A DNA stretch of 64,000 nt from positions 1,792,001-1,856,000 of the forward strand of contig OZ219790.1 in assembly GCA_964291215.2 (NCBI GenBank). Direction: 5' to 3'. This document shows positions 53,041-61,824 of the stretch, piece after piece (the first letter of the stretch is position 1; each line of letters begins with the position of its first letter). This DNA comes from Alphaproteobacteria bacterium (GTDB lineage Bacteria > Pseudomonadota > Alphaproteobacteria > MPNO01 > UBA830). Both the position numbers and the translations under genes were made by a program. The notes below the pieces were generated by a model that was given only the letters and a program-made list of their open reading frames with translations, did not search any database and had not been told where the DNA came from.

Positions 53041-53957
53041 ACGGCGCCGCGCCAGAAACGCCGGCCGAAGGCCGGGCGGTCGCCTTCATCCTCCTGACGC
53101 TGGTCGCACTGTCATGGGCCGGCAACACCATCGTCGCCCGAGCGACCACCGACGAAGTGCCGCCGATCTCGCTGACCTTCTGGCGCCTGTTCCTGTCGGC
53201 GGCGGTCTTCGCCCCCTTCGCGCTCCGCGACGCATGGCGCCAACGCGACATCATCGGCCGCCATTTCGGGCTGCTGAACCTGTTGGCCCTGCTCCAGATG
53301 ACGGCGTTCAGCGCCCTCGTCTATACGGGCCTGCACTACACCGAGGCCATCAACGGCAACCTGCTGCAGGGCGCGCTGCCACTCTGCATCCTCGTCTCCG
53401 GCCTGCTGTTCGCCGGCCAGGTGGTGACCACGCGCCAGGCGATCGGCATGTTTCTCGGCCTCGCCGGCCTCGTCACGATCGTCGTGCGTGGCGACCTGCA
53501 GACGCTTCTCGGTCTCTCGGTGAATGCTGGCGATCCCCTGGTGTTCCTCGGCGTGTTCTCGTCAGCCACCTACGCCGTCTTCCTGTTCAGGCGCCCCGCC
53601 GAACTGCCAATGCTCACCTTCCTGTTCGTGCTGCTGGCGTTCGGCTCGATCCACATCGCCCCATTCTATGTGGCCGAGCACCTCTGGGTCCGTCAGTTGC
53701 CGCTGACCGGACCGGCGCTGGCGACCATCGCCTTCATCGCCCTGATCCCCTCGGCCCTTGCGCAGTTGCTGTTCGCGGAAGGGATCCGCCGCGTCGGCGC
53801 CACGACTGCGGGATACATGATCTATCTCACCCCGGTCTTCGGGGTGCTGATGGCCGTCGGCCTGCTCGGAGAGGAATTCAGAGGGTTTCACGCTGCCGGG
53901 ATCGTGCTGATCGCCGCCGGAATCTGGCTCGCCGTCGTGCACGCCCGAAGCAGCTGA
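53037..53957 (+). CDS. DMT/EamA family transporter (tandem paralogue)
   Basis: WAGNTIVAR, PPISLTFWR, YLTPVFG; overlapping GTGA start/stop. Confidence 0.88.
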   Translation: MNGAAPETPAEGRAVAFILLTLVALSWAGNTIVARATTDEVPPISLTFWRLFLSAAVFAPFALRDAWRQRDIIGRHFGLLNLLALLQMTAFSALVYTGLHYTEAINGNLLQGALPLCILVSGLLFAGQVVTTRQAIGMFLGLAGLVTIVVRGDLQTLLGLSVNAGDPLVFLGVFSSATYAVFLFRRPAELPMLTFLFVLLAFGSIHIAPFYVAEHLWVRQLPLTGPALATIAFIALIPSALAQLLFAEGIRRVGATTAGYMIYLTPVFGVLMAVGLLGEEFRGFHAAGIVLIAAGIWLAVVHARSS

Positions 53958-54125
53958 ACGCCGCAGCCCGATGGCGTCATGCTGCCACGACGCAGCGTCT
54001 GGAAACGCCGGCCATGCGGCAGGAATCCCGGGCGGGGCCGGCCATTGCGGCCGGGGACAGTCCGGCCGCTGCCGGGTTCGGGGCGGCAACCGCTTTGGCG
54101 AGCGCCCGAGGCGCCGGCCGGTACG

Positions 54126-54761
54126 CTACGCCTGCGGTACGGCAACCCCGACCATGCAGTCGCGCGTCACGAGTTCGGCAAGCTGTTCAGCGGACCAGCC
54201 ATCGGTGCCGTCCGGCCGGATCGGCAGCACGAGATAGCGCATGTCCGCATTGGAGTCGTGGACCCTCACGCCGACGCTGTCCGGTATCTCGGTACCGAAC
54301 TCCCTGAGCACCGCGCGCGGCTCGATCACCGCCCTGCTGCGATAGCTCTTGGACTTGTACCAGTCCGGCGGCAGGCCAAGGATGGTGCGCGGATAACAGG
54401 AACAGAGCGTGCAGACGATCACGTTGTGGACATCCGCCGTGTTCTCGACGACGATCAGTTCGGTATCGCCCATCGTGAACCCCATCTCCTCGACCGTCGC
54501 CGTGCCATCCTCGAGCAGGCGCCGCTTGAAGTCCGGATCCGTCCAGGCGCGCGCGATGATCCTCGCCCCGTCGGCGGGGTCACGGCTGTCGAGGAACTCG
54601 AGGTTGCGCCGCACGTCCTCGGCGCGAACCACGCCCTTCTCGACCAGAATTTCCCTGATCGCTTCAGCCATCAACTCGTAATGTCCGGTCTCGTTCACAT
54701 CCGGCGTCGTCCCCGGATGGTCATGAGCGTGGTCATGTGCGCCACGATCATCCATTGTCAT
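54126..54761 (-). CDS. Cobalt-type nitrile hydratase alpha / thiocyanate hydrolase gamma-like subunit
   Basis: ARAWTDPDFK, VCTLCSCYP, PPDWYKS, DSNADMRYLVLP. Confidence 0.93.
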   Translation of the reverse strand: MTMDDRGAHDHAHDHPGTTPDVNETGHYELMAEAIREILVEKGVVRAEDVRRNLEFLDSRDPADGARIIARAWTDPDFKRRLLEDGTATVEEMGFTMGDTELIVVENTADVHNVIVCTLCSCYPRTILGLPPDWYKSKSYRSRAVIEPRAVLREFGTEIPDSVGVRVHDSNADMRYLVLPIRPDGTDGWSAEQLAELVTRDCMVGVAVPQA

Positions 54762-55053
54762 TCTCCTGATCTCCGGTTGCTTCCAGCCAGTGATCGTAGA
54801 TCTCGAGGTCGAGCGTATCGCCGGGCTGGCCCTCGTAATGGTCCCACAGGTCCGTCTGACGGAGGCGCACCCTGTAAAGCTCGCGCTCGGGAACGCCGTC
54901 AAAGCCGTAGGCCAGTTCTTCGGGGTTGCGGAAGCGGCCGCAATAGCGCTCGATCACGCCGGTCTTTCCCCTCACATAGAACGGCGTCCGCCGATGGCCC
55001 GGCGGATGGCTGGCCTTTATCCGGACCGTGTCGCCAATATTGAAAATCGTCAT
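54748..55053 (-). CDS. Nitrile hydratase beta C-terminal SH3-like subunit (thiocyanate hydrolase alpha-like)
   Basis: GHRRTPFYVRGKTG, NPEELAYG, LYRVRL, EIYDHWLE. Confidence 0.85.
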   Translation of the reverse strand: MTIFNIGDTVRIKASHPPGHRRTPFYVRGKTGVIERYCGRFRNPEELAYGFDGVPERELYRVRLRQTDLWDHYEGQPGDTLDLEIYDHWLEATGDQENDNG

Positions 55054-55358
55054 TGCGGGGCCTCCAGCCGGTCTCGGATAGTCTCCATGCGCCGTTCGAC
55101 CTCGGCGCGCGTGAGCAAGCCCTTTTCCTCAAGCAAGTTGATGATGGCCTCGGACCAGCGCTCGAAATAATCCTGCGCATAGACCTCGGGCGGAAGATCC
55201 TCAAGCGCGCGCCGCAACTCGTCGATGCGCATGGTGTCATCCTCGCGCAGCGCAGCGGCAATGGCGGTTATGGTCTTGGCCCACGGTCCGGCATCGTGCT
55301 CGCGGATCTCCATCGATCCAGCCTCCATGCCGCCCATGTCATGCTGGCGCTGGTTCAT
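55050..55358 (-). CDS. Nitrile hydratase beta N-terminal-like subunit (thiocyanate hydrolase beta-like)
   Basis: HDMGG, IDELRRALEDL, YFERW, LEEKGLL. Confidence 0.82.
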   Translation of the reverse strand: MNQRQHDMGGMEAGSMEIREHDAGPWAKTITAIAAALREDDTMRIDELRRALEDLPPEVYAQDYFERWSEAIINLLEEKGLLTRAEVERRMETIRDRLEAPQ

Positions 55359-55405
55359 GTCTCCTCCCGTGCACGCGACCATTCTGCGGTTCCCGACGGC
55401 CAAAT

Positions 55406-55717
55406 TCAACCGGTTCCCCGCCGCCGCCGCAATTCGGCAATCCGCGCTTCGACCTCCTCGACCGTCACGACGCCTTTCTCGACCAGCACATCATGGATTG
55501 CCTGCATGCCAAGCTCGAAATACCCCAGCGCGTGGTAGCGCTCGCGTCCGAGATCCTCTCGCGCGCGGCGCGTCTCGTGGAGGCTGACAAGGCCGGCGCC
55601 GCGTTCGCCGAGCACGCTGCGGAGCGCCGTGGACAGCTTGGCCCAGTCCGGAGTCTCCCGCTGCGTGAGCGGCACGGGTCCCCAGTCTTCGCCGCCGATA
55701 TCGTTCACCCTTTTCAT
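55406..55717 (-). CDS. Second nitrile hydratase beta N-terminal-like protein (possible cobalt-insertion accessory protein)
   Basis: NDIGG, HETRRAREDL, LGYFE, LVEKGVV; paralogous to the adjacent gene. Confidence 0.72.
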   Translation of the reverse strand: MKRVNDIGGEDWGPVPLTQRETPDWAKLSTALRSVLGERGAGLVSLHETRRAREDLGRERYHALGYFELGMQAIHDVLVEKGVVTVEEVEARIAELRRRRGTG

Positions 55718-55860
55718 CAGCCTTTCCCGGCGCTACAAGACTAGGCAAGAATGTCGGGCGGGCGCCTGCAATCCCGGCCGTTCCCGATCCCGCGCAACCG
55801 GCGCGGGACGCCGATAACTTCCAGGCCCGATGGTCCCCGGAACGGAAAATAGCAGAGGAC

Positions 55861-57273
55861 ATGTCCATGCGCGACCAGTCATTGCGCGGCCATCTCGCCA
55901 ATCTCGAACAGCGCGGGGAAATGGTCCGGATAACCAGGGAGACCGATCCGCACGCCAACGTGTCGGCCATCGGCTGGAAGGCCTATGACCGCCTCGGCAA
56001 GGCGACGCGATTCGAGGACCTGAAGGGTTTTCCCGGCTGGCAAATTGTCAGCCAGATCGTCGCCGACCGGCACAAATGGGCGATCGCCCTCGGCATCGAG
56101 GAGGACGAGCTGATCCCGACGCTGGTCGAGCGCATCAGGACGCCGGTGAAGCCGGTCGAGGTCGATTCCGCGCCGGCTCCGGTGAGGGAGGTCGTGCTGC
56201 GCGGCGCCGACGCGGACCTGACCCGCCTGCCCGCCCTGTGGCACGCCGAACACGATCCGGGCCCGTATATCGCTTCGGGCATGGCCATTATCAAGGACCC
56301 CGACACCGGGATCCGCAACATGTCGATTCACCGCCAGCAGATCATGGGGCCGGACGCGACCGGTTTCCTGATCTGTCCGCGTCACGCGCTCAGGATCTAC
56401 AAGAAATACCAGGCCCGCAACGAAGCGATGCCGGTCGCCATGGTGATCGGCGCGCACCCGGCGCTCTACTATTCGGCGGCCTTCACCTCGTCTTACGGTC
56501 TCGACGAGCTCGAAATAGCGGGCTCGCTCCTCGAGGATCCCGTCCGTCTGGTCAAGTGCGAGACCGTCGATCTCGAGGTTCCGGCCGAGGCCGAAATCGT
56601 CATCGAGGGCGAGGTCCTCCCCGAGGGTATGGTCGATGAAGGACCGTTCGGCGAAGCTACCGGAACCTACGCCATGGAAGGCGCGACGGAGATCTTCCGC
56701 GTAAAGGCGATCACCCATCGGCATGACCCGGTATTCTACGCCATGCAATGCGGCGCGCCGATGACCGACACCCAGTCGATCACCGCCACCTGCATCGAAA
56801 CCGTGGTGACGGATCATCTCGGCAATATCGAGGGCGGCCTTGACCTTCTCGATGTGCGCTGTCTCGGCATTGCCGGCCTGATGGCCGTCGTCATCAAGCT
56901 CAGGCCGCGGGTCGAGGGCCAGGCCAAGACGGCGCTGATGGCAGCCCTGTCGAGCCCCTATCTGCACCCGAAGATGGCGATCGCCGTGGACGAGGATGTG
57001 GACGCCGGAGACCTGAGGCAGGTGTTCTGGTCGCTGACCACGCGTGTCGAGGCCAGCCGGGATGTCGTCAAGATACCCAACACCCGGATCTGGTCGCTGG
57101 ACAACGTCTCCGACATCGTGCCCGGCATGAGCCCGATGTACCGCATCGGCACCAAGGTCATCATCGACGCGACGAGGCCGGCCGGCGCGGAGGCCGAGGT
57201 GCGCGAGCGCTTTTCGCCGGCGATGCCGTTCGCCCACGAGTCGGTGGCGCTGGCCGACTTCCTGCCCGACTGA
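55861..57273 (+). CDS. UbiD family (prFMN) decarboxylase
   Basis: NMSIHR, VPAEAEIVIEG, EGPFGEATG, AVDEDVD, KVIIDAT. Confidence 0.92.
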   Translation: MSMRDQSLRGHLANLEQRGEMVRITRETDPHANVSAIGWKAYDRLGKATRFEDLKGFPGWQIVSQIVADRHKWAIALGIEEDELIPTLVERIRTPVKPVEVDSAPAPVREVVLRGADADLTRLPALWHAEHDPGPYIASGMAIIKDPDTGIRNMSIHRQQIMGPDATGFLICPRHALRIYKKYQARNEAMPVAMVIGAHPALYYSAAFTSSYGLDELEIAGSLLEDPVRLVKCETVDLEVPAEAEIVIEGEVLPEGMVDEGPFGEATGTYAMEGATEIFRVKAITHRHDPVFYAMQCGAPMTDTQSITATCIETVVTDHLGNIEGGLDLLDVRCLGIAGLMAVVIKLRPRVEGQAKTALMAALSSPYLHPKMAIAVDEDVDAGDLRQVFWSLTTRVEASRDVVKIPNTRIWSLDNVSDIVPGMSPMYRIGTKVIIDATRPAGAEAEVRERFSPAMPFAHESVALADFLPD

Positions 57274-57486
57274 CCGCGGGCAGCGGCCCACCGGGGCCGC
57301 GGGGACAGCCCGGCCGGTCTCGACACGCTCCGGCGACCGCCGCGAGTTGGTCGAACGCACGGCCCTGATACTTGACGCCGGGCCGTCCCCGGGACTACTC
57401 TCCGGGCAAGGCAACTGCAGAGTTGCGAGGCGGGCCGCGAATCTGGATGTCCGCCCGTCCCGTCTTCCGGCGATGGAGGAACACCG

Positions 57487-58635
57487 ATGAGCGACAACCC
57501 CAAATTCATTGACCGCACCGGATACAGGAACCCCGAGAAGCTGGAGCTCTGGGAACCGATCATCATCTCCAAGGAGGAGATCGACGAGGAAATTGAGCGC
57601 CTGGCGGAACTCCCGCGCCCGGAGAACGGCCGCAGGCAATCGCTGATCGTGCATCCGAGATGGCAGGAACTCGGCATCGGCCCGGGCCTCAACCCGGGCG
57701 TGCGGGTCACGCTCGAGGTGCTCAAGCCCGGCGAGCAGACGTCGGCGATGCGGCACAACTCTACCCAGGTCAATTTCTGCATCCGCGGCGAGGGCCACTC
57801 CATCATCAACGGAAAGAAGATCGGGTTTGCCGAGCACGATGTCTACAACTTCCCGTCGATGGGCACCTACTGGCACGTCAACGACTCGCGTGACCTCCAT
57901 GCCCGCCTGACCTACTCGAATGCGCCGCTCCTCGAGAAGATGAACATCCATATCGTCGACGAGAACCCGCCACCGATGATGGAACTCGTCGGCCAGGCGT
58001 CGCGCCAGGCGAGCGAGGAAAAGGCGCGCGCCGAGGAAACCGAAAACGACCCCACCAGCAAGAGCCCCTACGGCACGTTCCAGCTCAATGACGACGGGGC
58101 GTGGCTGATGCCTTACGAGACGCTGATCAACCCGGCATCGGTCGAATCGAAAGCGCTCCACTGGCCGTGGAAGGACGTCAAGCAGGAGCTCGACAAGCTC
58201 ACCGCGCTCGGCCCCAAATACCGCGGCCGCCGGCTCTACCTGCTGTTCAACCCGATGACCGCGCGGTTCAACGGCACGACGCCGAACTTCTTCGCGACAA
58301 TGACCGTGCGGCCGCCGAAGATCGTCGACCGGCCGCACCGGCACGTATCATCGGCAATCAACTATTACTTCCACGGCAGCGGGCGCTCGACGGTGGAAGG
58401 CAAGGTTTACGAGTGGAAGGCCGGCGATCTCATGCTGTCGGCGCCCGGCTGGGGCGTCCACAACCATGCATCATACGATGAATCCGTCTATGAGCTTACG
58501 GTCCAGGACCAGCCGCTCAACATCTTCATGGAGAGCCTGCTGTGGCAGGAGGATCTCAAGCATCCGTGGTCCGTGCTCGGCGCCGACTCGGGCTTCGAGA
58601 CCAATGCCGAGGAGCTTCGCCAGGCTGGCGAATGA
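57487..58635 (+). CDS. Bicupin, gentisate 1,2-dioxygenase-like
   Basis: LKPGE..RHN...WH and HRHVSSAINY...HNH cupin motifs. Confidence 0.78.
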   Translation: MSDNPKFIDRTGYRNPEKLELWEPIIISKEEIDEEIERLAELPRPENGRRQSLIVHPRWQELGIGPGLNPGVRVTLEVLKPGEQTSAMRHNSTQVNFCIRGEGHSIINGKKIGFAEHDVYNFPSMGTYWHVNDSRDLHARLTYSNAPLLEKMNIHIVDENPPPMMELVGQASRQASEEKARAEETENDPTSKSPYGTFQLNDDGAWLMPYETLINPASVESKALHWPWKDVKQELDKLTALGPKYRGRRLYLLFNPMTARFNGTTPNFFATMTVRPPKIVDRPHRHVSSAINYYFHGSGRSTVEGKVYEWKAGDLMLSAPGWGVHNHASYDESVYELTVQDQPLNIFMESLLWQEDLKHPWSVLGADSGFETNAEELRQAGE

Positions 58636-58774
58636 CGGCGCGGCCGGGCACGGCCGCAACCGGAGACGATCCGGGAGACAGAGAGTTCGCGCCGGCCCGG
58701 ACGCTCGCCGGCGATGTCTTCTTCCCCATCGCCCTCACGACATCCGAAGTCGGCGTGACATGCGCACTCAGCGG

Positions 58775-59254
58775 TCATCCGCCCAGACAGGTGGTCGTAC
58801 GCCCGGTCATCTCACGACGGGGCGGGGCGGCTTCGTCCCAGAAATTCCGGTCGTCGGCGATGTTCTCCGGGTGGAACCAGGCTGAAACGATGAATCCGTC
58901 CCGAATCTCATAGACAGCAAGTTCCTGTCCGTCGATCCGGCAACCGCCTTTGTCCGCGGACCACGCGATGGACGCAGCAACGTGGCTGTTCGTCTCGACG
59001 GTCGATGTGACTGTGAGATCGAAAGTGCCGCCGGTAGTGGCGAGCGCACGATGAATCATGTCGAGAACGGCGTCACGGCCCCGGAGATTTCCCATATGTG
59101 CGCCAATATCCGGTTCCTTCCAGCACACGTCGGTTGCAATGAACTGTCGGAGAGAGTCGAGGTCGTCGGCGAGGCTGGCTGCACGGCGGGCCTCGTAGAA
59201 GGCACGGATGAAGCGGCCGAGCGGTCCGGCGCTGTCGCTCTTCGTGTCGGCCAT
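58775..59254 (-). CDS. SnoaL/NTF2-like protein
   Basis: DVCWKEP, GRDAV, VYEIRDGFI, FW C-terminus. Confidence 0.75.
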   Translation of the reverse strand: MADTKSDSAGPLGRFIRAFYEARRAASLADDLDSLRQFIATDVCWKEPDIGAHMGNLRGRDAVLDMIHRALATTGGTFDLTVTSTVETNSHVAASIAWSADKGGCRIDGQELAVYEIRDGFIVSAWFHPENIADDRNFWDEAAPPRREMTGRTTTCLGG

Positions 59255-59645
59255 GTCAGGATTCCCTGCGGTCGCGAGGCGTCAACGTGAATTTTGCCCC
59301 ATCATGCTATTGCAATCGACCGCTCTCGTTCGGGACCACCTGGCACCCGTACCGGACGCTTGCCAAAACGCCTCCGGGAAGTATGGCGACTCCGCGGCCG
59401 AAGTTGCCACTTCGCACCCTCGGACGCCGTTTTCGTGGGCGATGAGGCGTTCGGGCGCTGGCATCGGGACAGACTCGACAGGTTTCGACAAACAAGCGCA
59501 AACGGAGCCATGGGGTCCGCCGCCGTCGAACGTAAATTCAACCCGTAGACACCGTTTCAGGAGTTGCAATGCCGAACGGAGCCGCATAGACTTTCTGCAT
59601 TCACATGCTCGAAACACGGGATGAACCGATCAGGAGGGCAACCCC

Positions 59646-60713
59646 ATGTTCGTAAGGAATTCTTGGTATGTCTGTGCTCAGCCGGAGGAAATCGACCGCA
59701 CTCCGATGACGCGCACCATCTGCGACGAGAAGATCGTCTTCTGGCGCATGGAGGACGGTACTCCGGTCGCCTTTGAGGATCGCTGCTGCCACCGCCGCAT
59801 GCCGCTGTCGAAGGGCAAGATCATCGGCGATGTGCTGGAATGCTACTATCACGGTCTCCAGTTCAACCAGAGCGGTGCCTGCGTCCATGTGCCCGGCCAG
59901 AACACCATCCCGCCGGGAGCGCAGGTCAGAACCTACCCGATCGTCGAGAAATACAACTGGATCTGGATCTGGATGGGCGATCTCGCCCTCGCTGACGAGG
60001 ACCGGATCGTGCCCTATCCGTGGAAGACCGCGGACGACTGGGGCGACAAGGGAACCTATTTCTACGTCAAGTCCGACTACCGCCTGATCATCGACAACCT
60101 GCTCGACCTCTCCCATCTCGGCTTCGTGCATCGCTCGACCATCGGCAATGTCGCGGTTGCCGAGGCGGCAAGGGTCCGCACCCTCAAGGACGATGATTCG
60201 GTCACCGTCGCGCGCTGGACCGTCGGCAAGAACCCGGCGCCGACCTACCAGAAGATGGGCGGCTGGACCGAGGACGACATCGTCGACCGTTGGCAGATCA
60301 TCGAATTCCGGATGCCGGGTGCCGTGCGGCTGTTCACCGGTGCCGCGCCCGACGCCGCCGAGGGCCAGGAGTTCGGGTTTACCGAGATCGACCGCGACGT
60401 GCCGAAGAGCGGGTTCGGCTTCCACAACCTCAACTTCGTCACCCCGGAGACCGCAACCACGACCCACTACTTCTGGTCGAACGCCTACCAGATCGACGGC
60501 AAGCCGATCACCCCGGAAATGACCGAGCTGCAGTACAAGCAGATCTTCACGGCGTTCCACCAGGACTGGGAGGTCTTCAACAAGCAGCAGGAAAACTGGG
60601 ACGACAGGCCGACCATTGATACCATCCAGGACGCGGGCTCGATCGCCGCGCGGGCGATGATCGACCGCGAGGTCGCCGCCGAACGGGAAACGCTGGCGAT
60701 CGCCGCCGAGTAG
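59646..60713 (+). CDS. Rieske non-heme iron oxygenase alpha subunit (VanA-like)
   Basis: Rieske CCH...CYYH; DNLLDLSHLGFVH mononuclear Fe motif. Confidence 0.92.
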   Translation: MFVRNSWYVCAQPEEIDRTPMTRTICDEKIVFWRMEDGTPVAFEDRCCHRRMPLSKGKIIGDVLECYYHGLQFNQSGACVHVPGQNTIPPGAQVRTYPIVEKYNWIWIWMGDLALADEDRIVPYPWKTADDWGDKGTYFYVKSDYRLIIDNLLDLSHLGFVHRSTIGNVAVAEAARVRTLKDDDSVTVARWTVGKNPAPTYQKMGGWTEDDIVDRWQIIEFRMPGAVRLFTGAAPDAAEGQEFGFTEIDRDVPKSGFGFHNLNFVTPETATTTHYFWSNAYQIDGKPITPEMTELQYKQIFTAFHQDWEVFNKQQENWDDRPTIDTIQDAGSIAARAMIDREVAAERETLAIAAE

Positions 60714-60735
60714 CGATCCGTTTGGGGTCAAGAAC

Positions 60736-60767
60736 AGACGGCGGGCTTCGTGCCCGCCGTCTTTTTT
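60736..60767 (+). terminator. Rho-independent terminator
   Basis: AGACGGCGGGC-TTCGT-GCCCGCCGTCT followed by a T run. Confidence 0.8.
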
Positions 60768-60826
60768 GTGGCCGCCAGTCCGAATCCGGGCGCGCGGGCA
60801 GGAACTGGGCCGGAAGGCCCTTCAGG

Positions 60827-61312
60827 TCAGGCGCCGAATTCCAGATCGGCCGGCGAAATCAACACTCCGAACTGGACGCACCAGATCACCACGCTGGAAT
60901 ATTTCGTCAGATCGACGCCTGCGGGGATGGGATATCTCTGGCTGCCCCTGAAGGCGCGCAGCTTGCCGAGATCGACGAACATCGTTCCCCTGACGGCGGC
61001 GGAATCACGGATTTTCTCGCGCGGCACAAGATAGACGTGAAACGCCGGCCCGGGCCCGACCTCGAAATCGTCTTCGAGAAAGACCACGGTCTCGCGCATC
61101 GTGACCCCGCCCTTTCCGTAATGGATGGGGTCGCCGGGATCGGCATGAATGAACGTTCCGCGGGCGACGACCGCAGTCTGCTCCCCCGGCGCCAGGGTTT
61201 CCATCGCCGCCGGCGGCGGGAACACATAGGGGAATACGAAGATGCCGACGGCCACGCCGAACGCTGTACCGAAGATGCCGCCGAACAGGAATATCCAGAC
61301 AAATCGCCGCAT
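60827..61312 (-). CDS. DM13 domain membrane-anchored protein
   Basis: HYGKG, GPGPAFHVYL, DLGKLRAFRGSQRY, VVIWCVQF. Confidence 0.88.
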   Translation of the reverse strand: MRRFVWIFLFGGIFGTAFGVAVGIFVFPYVFPPPAAMETLAPGEQTAVVARGTFIHADPGDPIHYGKGGVTMRETVVFLEDDFEVGPGPAFHVYLVPREKIRDSAAVRGTMFVDLGKLRAFRGSQRYPIPAGVDLTKYSSVVIWCVQFGVLISPADLEFGA

Positions 61313-61824
61313 GGTCACCTCTCGCATCACATGGTCGACCCTAGGGTGCTGCCGACCAGGGCAGGAGCGCGCCGCTTCGGGCGCTACGCCCGTTTCCTCG
61401 CAGGCCGCTCGTACCGCCGTTCTCTTCCTGAGGCCAGGAGGCACCTCACGGCCGACCCTTTCCCCTGCACTCGCCGCTTAATGTAACCCACCCCCTTTCC
61501 GGCGCATAGCTCCGCTCGGCGATCACCGCCGCGTTTGCGGTTCCGGGCACAGAAGCGCCGACCGCGAGAAAGGCCAGGAGCGCGATGCCCGAGGTCGCCC
61601 TGCCAACGGGCAGCGCCGCGGCGGCTTGAACCGTCCGTCGCCCGGGAATTTGCAGGCGACAACCCGGTACGCGCAACAGGCCCGCAGAATATGGGAGCTT
61701 CATGCGCCATGGCCGGAACGGTCCGGGTAGCGAAGAGCGCAAACTGGTCGGACAGGCGGTAATGGGCCTTGATCCCAGGTTCAGTCTGGACCGGCCACGC
61801 CTTCGATGGAATATATCATTGCCA

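Noticed and set aside
55879-58344. Long antisense or alternate-frame ORFs (821 aa here; also 10151-12205, 28181-30193 and others)
   Set aside because: They overlap well-supported genes, have Arg/Pro/Gly-rich composition and are expected in high-GC DNA
59282-59617. 111-aa ORF between the NTF2 and Rieske genes
   Set aside because: No family signature; probably a divergent promoter region
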